Shown here: positions 13,461-30,039 of the stretch, in pieces
Numbering within the stretch: position 1 is the stretch's first letter
Layout of the letters: every line of letters starts with the position of its first letter
Program-made: the position numbers and the translations under genes
The notes under the pieces: generated by a model
What the model was told of the DNA's origin: nothing
Databases searched by the model: none
The model's input: the letters and a program-made list of their open reading frames with translations, nothing else
From: the human T2T-CHM13v2.0 reference genome, Homo sapiens
DNA length: 64,000 nt
Strand: one strand, 5' to 3'
NCBI RefSeq assembly: GCF_009914755.1
Contig: NC_060937.1

Positions 13461-16358
13461 TTGGCAGCCCAGTTAGAGCCACTCCCGCCCCACTTTTCCT
13501 CTGCTCATTTCCCACCAAAACATCTGAAAGAGCCAGATGCTTGCTTGCTTGGCCTTCAGTGCAAGCTTCTGACTGCTATCCCAGTTGCTGGGGGAACTTC
13601 TGGAAAGGATTTTCTTCCTGGAAATAAGAGAAATGCATCTTTTGCCACCCTGATAGACTTGCTGCTTCCAGCCTTTGGACATAGTTTGTGTAGGTGGCTG
13701 AAAAACAAAATCAGAACAATCATCTGAGATGATTTTAAGCTGAACTTGAGCCAAGTTCCTGCCCTTAAAAGAAGAGTGTCAAGTGAAAAAGATCTATATA
13801 AATCAATAATTGCAGTAAAATATGACCAGTAATCAATCCCATGCAATGTTAATTGTGTATATGTGGGTAAGAGTGACTGTTATTTGTACATTATTATACC
13901 CGCTGGCCCCTAAGGCCAATTTTCACTATTTTTTCCCCATATTGCTGATATATATCTCCAAAATAGGATATTTTCTTATCAACTTGCTGAACCTGTGACT
14001 TCATCTCTCTCCTCCAGGACCCCTATAGGGCTTAGTTCTTCATCAGTAATGCTGAATTTCGCTATTAGTCAGTCCTAGGCAAGAAACTAGACTTTTTTTC
14101 AACCCTTCATTGTTGTTCATCCAAATTGCTGCTAAAACTTGTCTTGTTTTCTTCCTCGAATGACATCTCCCACATCTGGATCTTCGTCACCATCACCTCT
14201 GCCAAGGCCTGGTTCCAGGTCTGCATCACCTCCCATCTGGAGCACTCACAATTCCTTCTCACTGGCTATCTGCTGCTACTGCCTTTCCAGGACAGTCTTT
14301 CCTAGAAGTCCTTCCCATAGCTTTGAACGTTGATCTCCACCTTTTTACTCTTGTAATTGTGCATCAGCCTCCATAGACAGGGATTGCATGACAAATGCTT
14401 TTGGTGTCAATGGTTGCAAGCACACTGAATAATTAAAATTTCATCGTGAACTGGGAGTGATCATCTAAATTAATTTCATTGGCGATGTATATGCAAGCCA
14501 TTTGTTTTGGTAGATTCAAGAGTTCTGTGGGATGCAGAAATGGACTGAATCTTTGACCTGTAGCCTATAATCTAAATACCAGTGATATCATTGGAGTATT
14601 AGTCACAGTCATTGGCCAGAGATGAGGTAGGAGTATTACTGTGGTACTACAAACACAATTTAAGTTAAAAGGAATAACATCTGCTACTCTATATTTTTAT
14701 GCTGGCGAGATTCAAACAGGCTAGATTTGACAAGGCATAATGTAGAAATTGAGGAAAGGCTTGCTGAAAGTTAAGACCAAAAGCTAAGTATAATGCTCTG
14801 GTTAATATATTAAATGAGCTCAGGCAGAGGATACAACTACTTATGAAGTGTACACACTCCAGTGATGGAAGACCCACTCAACAATTCTCAAGTGTCCCTC
14901 GTACACAAAACAACAGCCATCAAACTGGCCCAATGAGCTCTTTAAATATCATATTGTTCTGCCAAACAAGGCCCTTGTTTTAGGGAGTGACTAAGAGACT
15001 GTCACTTCTTGGGCCAGGAGAATGAAAATGCTCTTCAGGCTCTGGGAAAAGGATAGAGATAAATTGTGGATACTGTTCCTAGGACATCCCTCTCCATTTC
15101 AGTCTATGTCTGACTGGCCTGTGTTTTATACTGCAAGATGACAACTCAGCTGATTTATTCAGCTCTGTGTTTTCCTGAAGTTCTTGCTATTGACCCACGC
15201 AAGAGACAGAAGGTTAGAATCTATCTTCTTTGTGGACAGTGCTAAGTTAATGCCAAAAGATCTACCCTAGCCTGATGCTGCTGGGGCTGGCAAAGTTATG
15301 TGAGCTCAGAAGTTGAGACCAAGCCTCCATCTCCTCTACTTTAAGTGGAAAGTTAACACAGTCTGGAAGAGTCAGCCAGGAGTATCAGCCCGTTTGTGTT
15401 AACTTGCTTTTATTTTTTCTTGCTGAAAACAGAAGTGAATTACACTCTTCACTGAATCCTGCTGCAGAGGAAAATGATGCAACACTGGTCACATGACACA
15501 AAGATAAAAGGCCCTTTATGCAAACCTAGTTCTTTATTGTGTTTCCATGTAAGGAGAGGTTCAATACCCACACTACAAAGCAACACAGAATTGTTGCTCT
15601 TAATCTTGGATCTTTCTCTACACGGAGAAGCCATGATGTTTTACTTTGTTTTTGTCTCTTTTTAAATTTTTCTGCCTTTTTGACCACGAGATTCATTAAT
15701 TTTTATGTAATACAAAATATAGAAAGAAATTATGTAGGCTCATTTGATTTACTTTTGACTAAACAAGAGTTTTTTCTGTGCAATTTGGGACTGTTACGAT
15801 CATGTGCTTTGTCTCAGCCATATACTTGCTATGTGACCTTGAGCAAGTTACTTAAATTCTGATTCCTAAAAAAGAGACTCTACCTGATGTGTATGAGCTG
15901 TATATGGTTATATATGTATATAGATATAGAGAGAGAGCTACATAATCATGTATATCTCTTTAAATAAATATGTTCATCTATATATACCTACTCCTAGAGC
16001 CATAACAATTAAAGGAGTTGACATTTATGAAGTGTTTAGCATATTCACTATTGTACTTGCTCAAATAAATGGTAGCCATTGTTATTAGTAATTTGCCTAA
16101 TTAATGCTTGTCTAAATCCCTCTGTAAGTTAATGGTTTTGTCATGTTGGCTCATTGCCAAGACAGTATGACCAGGAACCAAAGAGTCTTGGAGCTTTTTT
16201 GTGACATCTTCTTGACTTGAGGATCTGAACTTTACCACTCCCTAGAGAGGATATTTTGGTAGCAAAGTACATTTCTGGAACTTCAGAAAATTAACCATCT
16301 AAAGATATCCAAGATAGAATGTGTTCCTTCTAAATTCAGAGCTATGTATGATGGCTGA

Positions 16359-16740
<382 letters not shown>

Positions 16741-17784
16741 AGTTACAGCATTTTCTGTGAGCATTTATGTGAATTAAACCTGAAGCGTGAGCTTTTTGGA
16801 TTTGGACCAAACTCTTATCCTGTGTGTATGAGTTTCACTCTAACTGACCCACTTCCACTTCCCCTTCCCCTACCCTTTCTACATACTTCCATTGTAGCAA
16901 CAGTGGCATTCTGTAACTGCTTTACCTGTCTGGGTCCCTCTGTGGCTAAGAATCAACCGTCTTTTCATTTTTCTACCCTCTAGCACATCTTAGGGCACAT
17001 TGGCTCTGTGAATAATCTGTTAAATATTGAATGAGTGAATAAAATCTCTTGAGTGGGTGTGGGAGGTCTGTGCCTAAACTTTGCTAGCATGTCGCCCCTC
17101 AGTGGATGAGCACCCAGCAAGCAGTAACAGTGTTTTGTCTTTTGGGATCTTTCTATCTTTTATTCCAAGCAGGAACTCAGCATCTAATCTTAGCTCTGAA
17201 GTCTCTTTCCTCTGTAACCCTCACCTGTTGTTTTGTTTGAGTGAGTTCAACAAGCTAAATTGTACCATTGTGTTCACAGAACTCTGGGCAGATATGTCCA
17301 TGAAAAGAAAAGTGTAGAGTGAAATGATGTTTTATTTGTATAATGATCAGCCAACTTGAGGAAACATTTCAGAGAGAAATTGTTTGTTTATTTTTAAATC
17401 ATTCAGCACTGTCAAGGATTGCTATCTGTAAAAATACTAACTTTTTCCTACATTTACCTAAATGTCATTAATGTTACAAGGATTTAACTTACTTTTATAC
17501 CTTCTAGGCACTTTTGCCAAATTGGAAGGAAACCATGCTCAATGAAGTCTGCTGAGCTAATTTAATTCTTTACTCACAAGGTCTTTTTCCACGTGGGGAA
17601 TGCTGCTGTTTTATATTTATTTGGAGACACTGATGGCCTTACTAGAAAAAAAAAATCTGAATATAAAGATTTTATCTTCTTGATTAAGGTGCATGTACTC
17701 AAATAGCTGCCCCAATTGGACATGCCTGAATAAGCTTCAGGAAGTGCCTGAGAGTCAATAAACAGTCCTCCCTTTCCCTTCTTA

Positions 17785-18720
<936 letters not shown>

Positions 18721-20914
18721 AACATGCATGATTATGTAGCTCAAGCAAGCTGCTTTAAAAAAAATAGGCAGAAGCAATTATTTGATGAACAGTGTTTTAA
18801 AATTATACTCAGCTAGACAATATGCTCTTTAAATAGAATATTTGCGTTGAGGTTAAAAGGTGATGGCGGGGTTCTCTCTTGACGATACTCAATTGATTTA
18901 ATATTCCAAATTAACACAGTGGTGTTGTATAGCTGCTATGTAAAGCCCCTATACATTCATTTTATAGTTATTCCCAGGTCATAGATTGGCGGAGATTTTC
19001 TTTGGTTTTGTTTTTCAAGGAAACACACATTTTAGATGGCCACATGACCTTAAACCATTTAAATGTCAAACAAATACCTAATGGATACTGCATAGCTTGT
19101 TGGATTACTTCGGTATAGTTTTAGAGTATCAATTCATCTAAGTTGTCTAAGCACTTTTTACATATGACAATCTCTCGGAAAAATATAGTGTAATTTTCAT
19201 AGAAAACAAAGGCATCATGAAAGCTCCCAAAGATAACACCTCTTAAGAAACAAGTTCAAGATGATCTCTGTCAGGTGCTTTTATTATATTCAGAATTATA
19301 TATGGCTTGGTCCTGCAGTGACACACAGGCATTAGCAGTTGTTTCACCTTTCTTTCTATCCTTCAGGGAGAGCAGTGTGCTTTCCTGGGCCATGTATAGT
19401 TGCATAATAAACCCTTCTAGGAGAAAATGTCTCCTAATCTTAGGGGAATTTTTGAAAGCATATTTTGCTGTTCTTATGCCACTTCAAACTCCATCCCATT
19501 AGGCTAGTTGAATCAGATTCTCCCAGTGCCTCCTCCCCACCCTTATGTGAGGAAGTTTTAGCAGTCATGTTAACATTATGGGCTGACAGGGCATGACACT
19601 GACTACTTCAGAATGCCACAGAGTACTCTGGTGACAATTATTACATGATGGCATCACATCAGTCATCACATAAGAAAGTAAGACAGAGGTGCACCTAACT
19701 CTTCATAATGAAACAACAGGTTGTAAACCTTACACCTGTACTATCTTGTGCACTCTCAGTTCTCTGAATAAATATTGCAAAATAAAGAGACCTAAAATTA
19801 AGTTTTAATTATATCCACCACATACGCATTTTAGGAAGACCCTTACAACATAACATGTCAACAGACTCTGAAAAGCAACAATGAGGATTATTCAGGGAAA
19901 CAAATCTATACCAATATGGTTGAGAATAGAGGTAATAACTTAATCTGAGTGGTTATACAGCCATAAAACTCCATTCATGTAGATACATACTTAATTATTT
20001 CCGTTTCCTTCTGATTTGGGAGCTCAAAATTATTTTATCCCAGGATGTAGTTGGGTGAGGAAAATGACCGTTTCCCTTTTATTTGGTTAAGGGAGGTTTT
20101 GTGGTATAAGTGGGACTTTTACAAGGTCTTTGAAGGAGAGGATGGGTTGGCAGGATTGAGGGAAAAGACATGTCAAGCAAAAAGTGTGTAGTTGGGAGAG
20201 GAAGAAGCAGAGGAAGGGAGTGGTGAGATGACTGGCAAGAGCAGATGGAAGGGAATTAAAGAGCTACCTACCGGAATGAAAAAGAAGCCCAACAAAAAAC
20301 CCTACAGACATTTGCCAGTTTAGCTTTCTGCTTAAATATTGAGCTTGTTTTCCCCAGCACCCGAATTACTCCTGAGTTTTCAGATGGATGCTAACTCTGT
20401 GAGACGAGTATACTCTATTTACAAGATGAAATGATTCTGCTATAGGAGTACTCTATGTCAAAATAGTGGTTTTGTTAATGCAAGTTTGTATCAGGAAATC
20501 ACAATTTTTCAATTCAATTTTACCAGCTTTTCTTCTCACATGGATGTGGTTTTAAAAAATTAAAGATTTCAACAAATCAACCAATATTCATTGAGGACCC
20601 ACTGTGTACAAAACACTGCAGCAGAAGCGATGATAATTTGCGAAGTATGAGGTGCTTTCTACAAAGAAGTAGGCAAGGTGGAAATCCCTGTGATATTCAG
20701 AAAGAATGAAGATGTCAGTATAGGAGCTAGCACAAGACAATGTGTGATCAATCATAACATGGATGATATGGTTAGAGCTAGAGGAAGATTAAGATGTTTA
20801 AAAATTTTTTCCCTAGTCAGTTTTATATTTTTGGTTTTGTAATAGATTTGGGTGCCATATAGAAGTATTTAATATCAGAAATCTCTTTTATGATCTTTTG
20901 CTGCTCAACTTCTA

Positions 20915-21065
20915 GGAGGCAATCTGGTATAGCAGGAAGAGTACAAACTCCAGAGATGGAAAAGCTATATTCTAGTCCTTTTTCCTGGCATTTATTGAGT
21001 GTGCTGTCTTTGACAAATTACTTCAGTGTTCTCTTCTATAGAGTGGACATAAAGGTGACCACCTC
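20915..21065 (+). mobile_element. MIR (diverged)
   Basis: ggaggcaatctggtatagcaggaagagtac...tgtctttgacaaattacttcagtgttctcttctataga. Confidence 0.55.
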
Positions 21066-21285
21066 CCAGTCTCACCTGGCCTGATACTTTTTGAAGTGAT
21101 CAATAAATGTTATTGAAACAATAAACCAGTATTTCTAATAACTTATTTGTGAATATATATGACTACATGCATTTACTAATCCATAAAGACACAACACTAG
21201 CTTTTTCTGAATAGTTTTCCATGTTTATCTGCAAAATTATTCCCTGTGTGTCTAAGTTTTATAAAAAGCGTTAATTGGTCTAAAG

Positions 21286-22075
<790 letters not shown>

Positions 22076-22766
22076 AAGGTAGAATTATTTCAAATAGTAT
22101 TCTCAGAAAGTCCCAGTCTTAGACAGAAGAGTTATTTTATAATATAAAATAATGACATTCTTAGACTGGATTTTATTTTGGGAGTTGTCTCTTACCGACT
22201 ATGCTTAGTAATGACTTCTGACACTCCTCAGCTTATCATTTGGCCTGCTAGATTTATGACATATCCTTTGAATGAAGCTCTCTAGATTACTTGGCCTAAA
22301 GAATGTATAGATACTATTAAAATGCTGCAGGACAATTGCTGTTTCTTTATGTATACACCTGACTTCATCGTCTTTGCAGACGAACTGTCTCGGTCCCAGA
22401 CTGTGTTAGTTTTCCAAGGTCCCACGGCTTGTTAATGGCAACATCAGCCTATGAACATGGACTTACAGGTCCATAATGCCACAGAGTCCATACTTGGCCT
22501 CATTTAAGTGCACATGCGTCCCTGATGCACTTTGGACACTTAAGAGTCTTCCCTGAAGGAGGATCCTTTCTTGGGCTGTAGTTTTTAATCCTCAAAAATA
22601 TAATCAACTCAAAATACAAGGTGAAATATGGAAAAACACATGAGCTAGACTAGGTTGTCTCCTTCTTGGGTAGAACAGGTTGTGGGGATGAGGATATTAG
22701 GCAAAGAGGCCTTAGTAGTAAAAGGTTGTGTGGCTCTGTGCCTTCTCTATGCTCCTTCACTGCACA

Positions 22767-22888
22767 AGGAGAATCGCTTGAACCCAGGATGCGGAGGTTG
22801 CAATGAGCTGAGATCACACCGCTGCATTCCAGCCTGGGCAACAGAGCAAGACTCTCTCTCAAAAAAATTAAAAATAAAACAATAAAAG
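22767..22888 (+). mobile_element. Alu 3' fragment (partial right arm), no TSD seen
   Basis: aggagaatcgcttgaacccagg...gactctctctc plus A-rich tail. Confidence 0.9.
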
Positions 22889-23462
22889 ATGCTTTGTTAA
22901 ATGAAAATAGTTGTTTACTTTCATTCTAACCGTGCCTCTAGTGAACAAGTCACTCAGAACTGAACTCCCATTGTCAGGTTAATTTTTATAAGTTTTTAGA
23001 TGTTTTGAACGAAAATATGAAAACCCTGCAGAAGTGTTTATCCTTTACTGTTAACAGGATGTCATCTTGAACACACCCTTTTTTTTTTTTTGTTCTGTAT
23101 GACTATTCAGGAAATGTTCACAGGGACTGTGAAGGAATTCTGGGAGGTATACTAACTAAATGGCACCACTTGCTTTGTTGTTATTAATTGTATAAATGCT
23201 TTTTAGAATTTATGCATTTATCAAGTGATCATTTTTTTACATCTTGTCTTTTGATTTTCTGCATTCAATTTGCTAGGAGTTTAAAAACTAGACCAAAAAA
23301 AAAATAAAACTTGCTTGGGTTGTGAATAAGAGTTGGGCTTGAAGTGAGACCTTGCATTAGTCTATGTATATCAAGTACGTAGATTTCTGACACCTATTTG
23401 GGGCAGAGAAATGTGTTAGTTTCCTCAGAGAAACCCCTGAGGCTGTTTAAAGGTAAGAAACA

Positions 23463-23829
<367 letters not shown>

Positions 23830-23899
23830 TTAACTTCCTGATTCTTCATTATGTTTTGAGTTATAGATACAAGGTTACCAGCTAGAGAGCTCTGTTTTA

Positions 23900-24213
23900 C
23901 TATTTATTTCTTTATTTTATTATTTACTTCTTTATTTAGAGACAGGGTCTTGTGTCGCCCAGGCTGGAGTGCAGTGGTGTGATCATAGATCACTGAAGCC
24001 TCCTTCCTGGGTTTAAGCCATCCTCCCACCTCAGTCTCCTGAGTACCTGGGCCCACAGGTGCATACTACCATGCCCAGCTAATGTTTGTGTTTTTTGTAG
24101 AGACAGGGTTTTGCCATGTTGCCCAGGCTGGCCTCAAACTCCTGGGCTCAAGAGTCTCCCACCTCGACCTCCCAAAGTGGTGGGATTGCAGGAATGAGCC
24201 ACCATGCCTGGCC
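23900..24213 (-). mobile_element. AluJ
   Basis: gagacagggtct...gatcatagatcactg...aactcctgggctcaag (J diagnostics). Confidence 0.92.
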
Positions 24214-24316
24214 TAAGATGGAAACTATTTTAAACCCTCCTATGGATTCCTCTACGTGGGAGGATGGTTTACTAAATACTCTGTTCTCATTTATTATTAA
24301 ATATTCCCAAGGGCCA

Positions 24317-24460
24317 TCAGTAGCTTCCAAACCTGGGTACACATTGGAATCACTTATGGAACCTTTAAAAAGACAAATTCTAGCCTTGCCAGGGATTCAA
24401 ATTCTGTAGGTCTTCATGAGGCCATTGAGTCTGTACATTTTATAAAGCTCTCTCCATCTT
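24317..24460. mobile_element. MER5-like DNA transposon fragment
   Basis: cagtagcttccaaacctgggtacacattggaatcac...tttataaagctctc. Confidence 0.65.
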
Positions 24461-24781
24461 TGGGTAAACTTTGGGATTTTGTCAGACCCCTCTCCAAAAA
24501 ATAAGTGAGTTCAACTCAAGAAACAGAACCTGTGCAGTAATCCTTCAAAACAGTATAATTAAAAGACTGAGGGCAACAGAAAGATCAAATGAGGAATTAC
24601 ACATATAGAACTGGGGGTACCTATAAGCTGAGTAATGGAAATCAGGAAAACTTTTTGGAAAAAGAACATTTAGTGTACTTCTAATACATTTAAGTTAGTA
24701 TACCTTCCAGAATATTTCTCATTAACATAGAATCCCTTCTGATTTTTCTTTCCAAGGTTGGGTTTAAGAATACACCTGGTA

Positions 24782-25078
<297 letters not shown>

Positions 25079-26023
25079 GGAATATACCTGGCAATTTATC
25101 AGAGAATGGGTGATCTTTGGAGGTTTAAAGTGAGCCTCTGTATAGGTTCACACAGTCTGTGCCCAATAAGTATCATACACCTGGTTAGTAGAATGCTGCT
25201 TCACCAGTAGCTTGCTGTCAGAGGTACCCTGTGCCAAAACAAACCAGTATTTTCCTAGTGGCCCTCCTAATACACATTTTCAGGTTGCATTTGTTTGCTG
25301 GATATGTCTTTAGGTAATGACATGCTTGGCAAATGCTACCTACAACTGTAAGCCTATTTAATAGCCAGTACTTCCCAACACAATGACACATTATCTTTTA
25401 TGGGTTCCCTGCCCTTATTATGGTTTCCACAGGGAAGAGGCCAGGCTGCAGGTGATGTTTGCTTATGTTGTGCTCCATTTGGTTCCTCCCTTAAACACAG
25501 CCTCAGAGGCTCCTTGTCTCTGAAAGTTTTGTTAATACAAGTGAATGAATATATTCTGTACTATGTTATATCACTGAAAAATAGTGAAAATACATAATCC
25601 TTTTGGCACTGGCATCTATTGTTAATTGCCATATTTCTGTGAAAATATTTTAACTCTTATATTTACTGAATTGCTAGGAAGACTAACATGTATGTATCTC
25701 ATACAAATAAAATGTGACCATTTTATTACTGAAATATTTCACTGATAAACTGAGGTTCTAAAACCTCAGTTTAGAGAAATGTTGGGTTTATAAGACCAAT
25801 TATGAAAAAAATAAGAATCATCATCAGCAAGTGTATCCTCTCACTTCACAGTTTTGAATGAAATAGGCAGGGTTACAATATGATCATTTTAAATGGTGAC
25901 TTTTCCTGTAAGTTGGAAAAAAATTCTTGAGTTGATGTGCAAAAGTTATTTCTTGCTTCCCATAGTAAAATAGAGCGGGGAGACTATACAATAAAGTAGG
26001 TGGATAGAGTCCAGTAGGTTACA

Positions 26024-26374
<351 letters not shown>

Positions 26375-26549
26375 TGATCTAACCTTTATGCTAATAAGTA
26401 GCTATTGGCCGGTAGCCTAAGAACAGTCCTCCCAGAAGCAACAAGGTAAACTAAACACACTCAGGAACTTCCTTCCTTGCAGATTCTAAGCCCGTGAAGG
26501 TAGATGCATTGGGTTCACCTTTCGTTTGCACTTAAAAATATTCGCAGTC

Positions 26550-26869
<320 letters not shown>

Positions 26870-27779
26870 TCAGGCCACACAGAAGCAGAAAGGAAACTTT
26901 TATGAATATTAGATTAACTGTTAAAGAAAAAGGAAGCATCAACTTTAAAGTCATTCATTCAATTAATATTTGAGGGTTGTTATGAAACTATCAATTAAGT
27001 CAACAATCCAGTTTATTTTATTTATTAAATTTAGTTTACATTAATATAGTTTAAAATATATGACTTTTTTTGGAATCATCGGGGAGCCAACAACCTATAA
27101 GTAAACTTCCCCTAATCATGAAGGTTAGCCCTGGAAATAGCAAATCATTTTAATAATTTTGAATACAGTTTTTTTCTAAAAAGTATTTTACTGTCTCTGT
27201 ATCTGTTGCATAAAATGCTATCATAATTTAACCACATCTAAATGAATTCAGATCATCAGTAAATATTAATTATTAGAGATTTTATAATATATGGATACCT
27301 TCAGGGCTTTTGAAATGTGAAAGGCATTCTCTTTCTATACTAAAATATCTGTAGCCTGCTTTGCTTTCTAAGTTTTATGTCTGCTTTGTGTTTTTGTTCT
27401 CTGATTTTTCTATTAATATCAGCCATCAGCTGACAGCTGTCACTTACACTGTCAGTATGCCTGACCTTAGGATCCTTCACCTGTCCATGATTTTTTGCTT
27501 TTAATTTAACATACATTTGACGGAGGAACAAGATTATGTCTAATATAGGAGAACATGGGCTTCAAGTGGGGATAGTCAGGTGAGGTGGAGGGCACCAAAG
27601 GTGACTGCACTCTGGAATTCAGCTATATTTTGGATATGCAGGATATCTGGGTAAAAAAAAATATGTATACATTATTTGAGGCATCTCTTAAATGTATACA
27701 AAGACAAATACTCTAAGGCTGCCATTGTTTAGAAGTCTCAATCATATTAAGGAAAACACTAGAATAAAAATTAATAAAT

Positions 27780-27935
27780 GTAGTGACACTGGAGTCTGAT
27801 AAACCTGTATTTGAATGACCCTGAGCAACCTTATTTTTGTTCTTTTTCATTGACTCTAAAATGTAGATGGTAATGCTTACCTTATAAGGTTACTGTGAGG
27901 ACTTAGTGAAATAATACATGGAAAGTGCCTAACCT
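27780..27935 (+). mobile_element. MIR (diverged)
   Basis: ctggagtctgataaacctg...taaaatgtagatggtaatgcttaccttataaggttactgtgagga...ggaaagtgcct. Confidence 0.65.
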
Positions 27936-28404
27936 AGGATCAGAATCAAGGTCAGTCCTCCTTCCCTCAAATGTTAGCTTCCTTTTCTACCTTTTTTTCT
28001 CTTCACTTCCCTTAGTATCTATAAAAAGTAGGAAAGAAGAGGATACTTTTTTTTTTCATATTCCTACAAGGCTGTTTTAAGTAATGTTCTTTTAGTTGAA
28101 TGACAGTCACATCATTTGAGAGGTTAGTCTAATAATAGCACTGGAGACTTGAGGATGACAAAGTGCGAATTTTCAGTTGGGTCTGGACTCCAATTTATTT
28201 ATTTATTTGTTTATAATCAACATGGATTTATTTGCACCTGACCACTTTTGACAGAATTAAAAGGAGAAATTGTAGACTTCTACAATTACATTCACAGATT
28301 TGTGCACTACTGTCTCAGAAACTTAGGAAGCAAAAAAAAAAAAAAAAAAAAAATTTATAGAGAATGTAGTATTACACTAATGAGATAGTGAAGCAGAATT
28401 CCAT

Positions 28405-28610
28405 TTTCTTTTTCTTTCATCTTTTTTTTTGTTATAGATTTAGGGGTGCACGTGCCGTTGTGTTACATGGTGATATTGTGTAGTAATGGTGTGGGCTTCC
28501 AGTGTACCCATCCCCCAAATAGTGTACCTTGTACCCAGTAGGTGGTATTTCATCCCTCACACCCCTCCCACCTTTTGGAATCTCCCATGTCTATTATTCC
28601 CCTCTGCATT
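28405..28610 (-). mobile_element. Old primate L1 3' UTR fragment (L1PB/L1PA15-16-like)
   Basis: T tail followed by atttaggggtgcacgtg...gttacatgg...gtacccatcccccaaatagtgtac. Confidence 0.8.
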
Positions 28611-29655
28611 GGATTCCTAGTTATATACAGAATGAGAAGGACTTTACCCTCTTCTGTCTGTACACAGATAACTCCATAGGCACACTACTGTCTTTTAATG
28701 GTTTTGACTTCCTTTAGTAAAATGTAAACCAAATACCACATATTCACCTCTGTCAACTCTACAGAGGCATTCTAAACCCTGAATGTGTAAAATGCAGGAG
28801 TAGCATGGGGCATCTTTGCTGGTGTTTAGCTCAGCAGAATCACTTTAAGTGTTCATTTTGGTAAACTGGACATTTTCTTTCTTCCTGTGAATTGTTTCAG
28901 TTCATCAGTCAATTCTCCTTCCATGCTGTTTTGTAATTACAACCTATATTGCTAAAGAAAACCTTCAATTTACCCTGAGTAAATCAAGAATAGAAAATTA
29001 CTTGGGTTTCGGTCTCTTCACAGCTGAAATAAATTTTCACTGACCCTCATAGAATTCTTCTCTCAGAAATAATGCCCATAGAAAGATCAATTCGTTACAC
29101 TTTTGTTTTTAAGTAACTTTGCATTTTCCTTCTCAACCTCATTAACCTAAACCTGTTTTCTTCTGAAGGCAGAACACTTAACATTCTCCAATATTGGCTC
29201 CATCTTGGTTTTATAAATGAAGTTTTTAACAAGTCAGTTTAGGCTGTGTCTTTTAAAATCATGTAACTATAGATTTGAATCCAATCACTTTTCTTTGCAA
29301 GTTATGTCAACAGATGTTCAGTGTTTCATTTTCCTTAAGGGTGTATGGTTTCTCGCTGACTCTTGGCTTCAAATACAGATTCTCTGCTGTTGGTTTTGTC
29401 TGTAAGCATGTAAGCTGTTGAAAGCTGTTTGTATTCATGGCCAAGAGCCCCTAGTTCCCAGAGCAACAGTTTATCACTCACCCTGTGTTATCTTTGCTCC
29501 TACCTTTCTTGAATCACAGGAACACAACCCCAGCCCGTTAGATCCAGGGGGCAGCGTGTGTATTTGCTATGCATGGACTGTTTATGGCAAACTGTGTGGG
29601 TCGGGCTCATGTTCCTGGAGTGCTTTGAGCAGCTTTACTAATCTGTCAGTATAGT

Positions 29656-29692
29656 ATGTTCTTGTGGATAAATATAGACATACGGGCACTCT
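29656..29692 (+). CDS. FRY: Candidate alternative first coding exon (MFLWINIDIRAL + 1 nt, phase 1)
   Basis: ATG with A at -3, 12 codons + 1 nt, then TCT|GTGAGT donor at 29693. Phase matches exon 2. Confidence 0.5.
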
Positions 29693-29978
29693 GTGAGTTG
29701 TAGGTCACTGTCTTACTGTGCAGCTAAAAATTGTCCCATTGGTATGAACAGTCTGCCCTGGACGGAAGGCCTGTTTTAGTTTGTCTTCTACTGTAGGTCT
29801 TTAGCACCTGACTAAAAATACACCTGGGGCCAAAAATATAAGGGCCCTGCATTGTGGCTGAGACACTTATGGTGGCAGTGAGCAACAGGACCATGGAGCC
29901 CATCATTATGTGTTTTGGCTTTGGAACATGGTCTGTGTAGCTGTTCCAGACTGTTAGTTTGGGTTTCTTTTCAGGCTC

Positions 29979-30039
29979 ATGGAGATTACAACTGCTTGTT
30001 GGAGACGATCCTGTGTGATCAGCTTCATAAAAGGGCTTG
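29979..30039 (+). CDS. FRY: Candidate alternative first coding exon (MEITTACWRRSCVISFIKGL + 1 nt, phase 1)
   Basis: ATGG start, 20 codons + 1 nt, TTG|GTAGGT donor at 30040. Phase matches exon 2. Preceded by acceptor gggtttcttttcag| (AG at 29973-29974). Confidence 0.65.

Noticed and set aside
28200-28353. Unique sequence ending in A22, as a possible processed pseudogene or 3' transduction
   Set aside because: No TSD, no properly placed AATAAA and no recognisable parent. Probably an expanded mononucleotide run; a BLAT search for a second locus would settle it.
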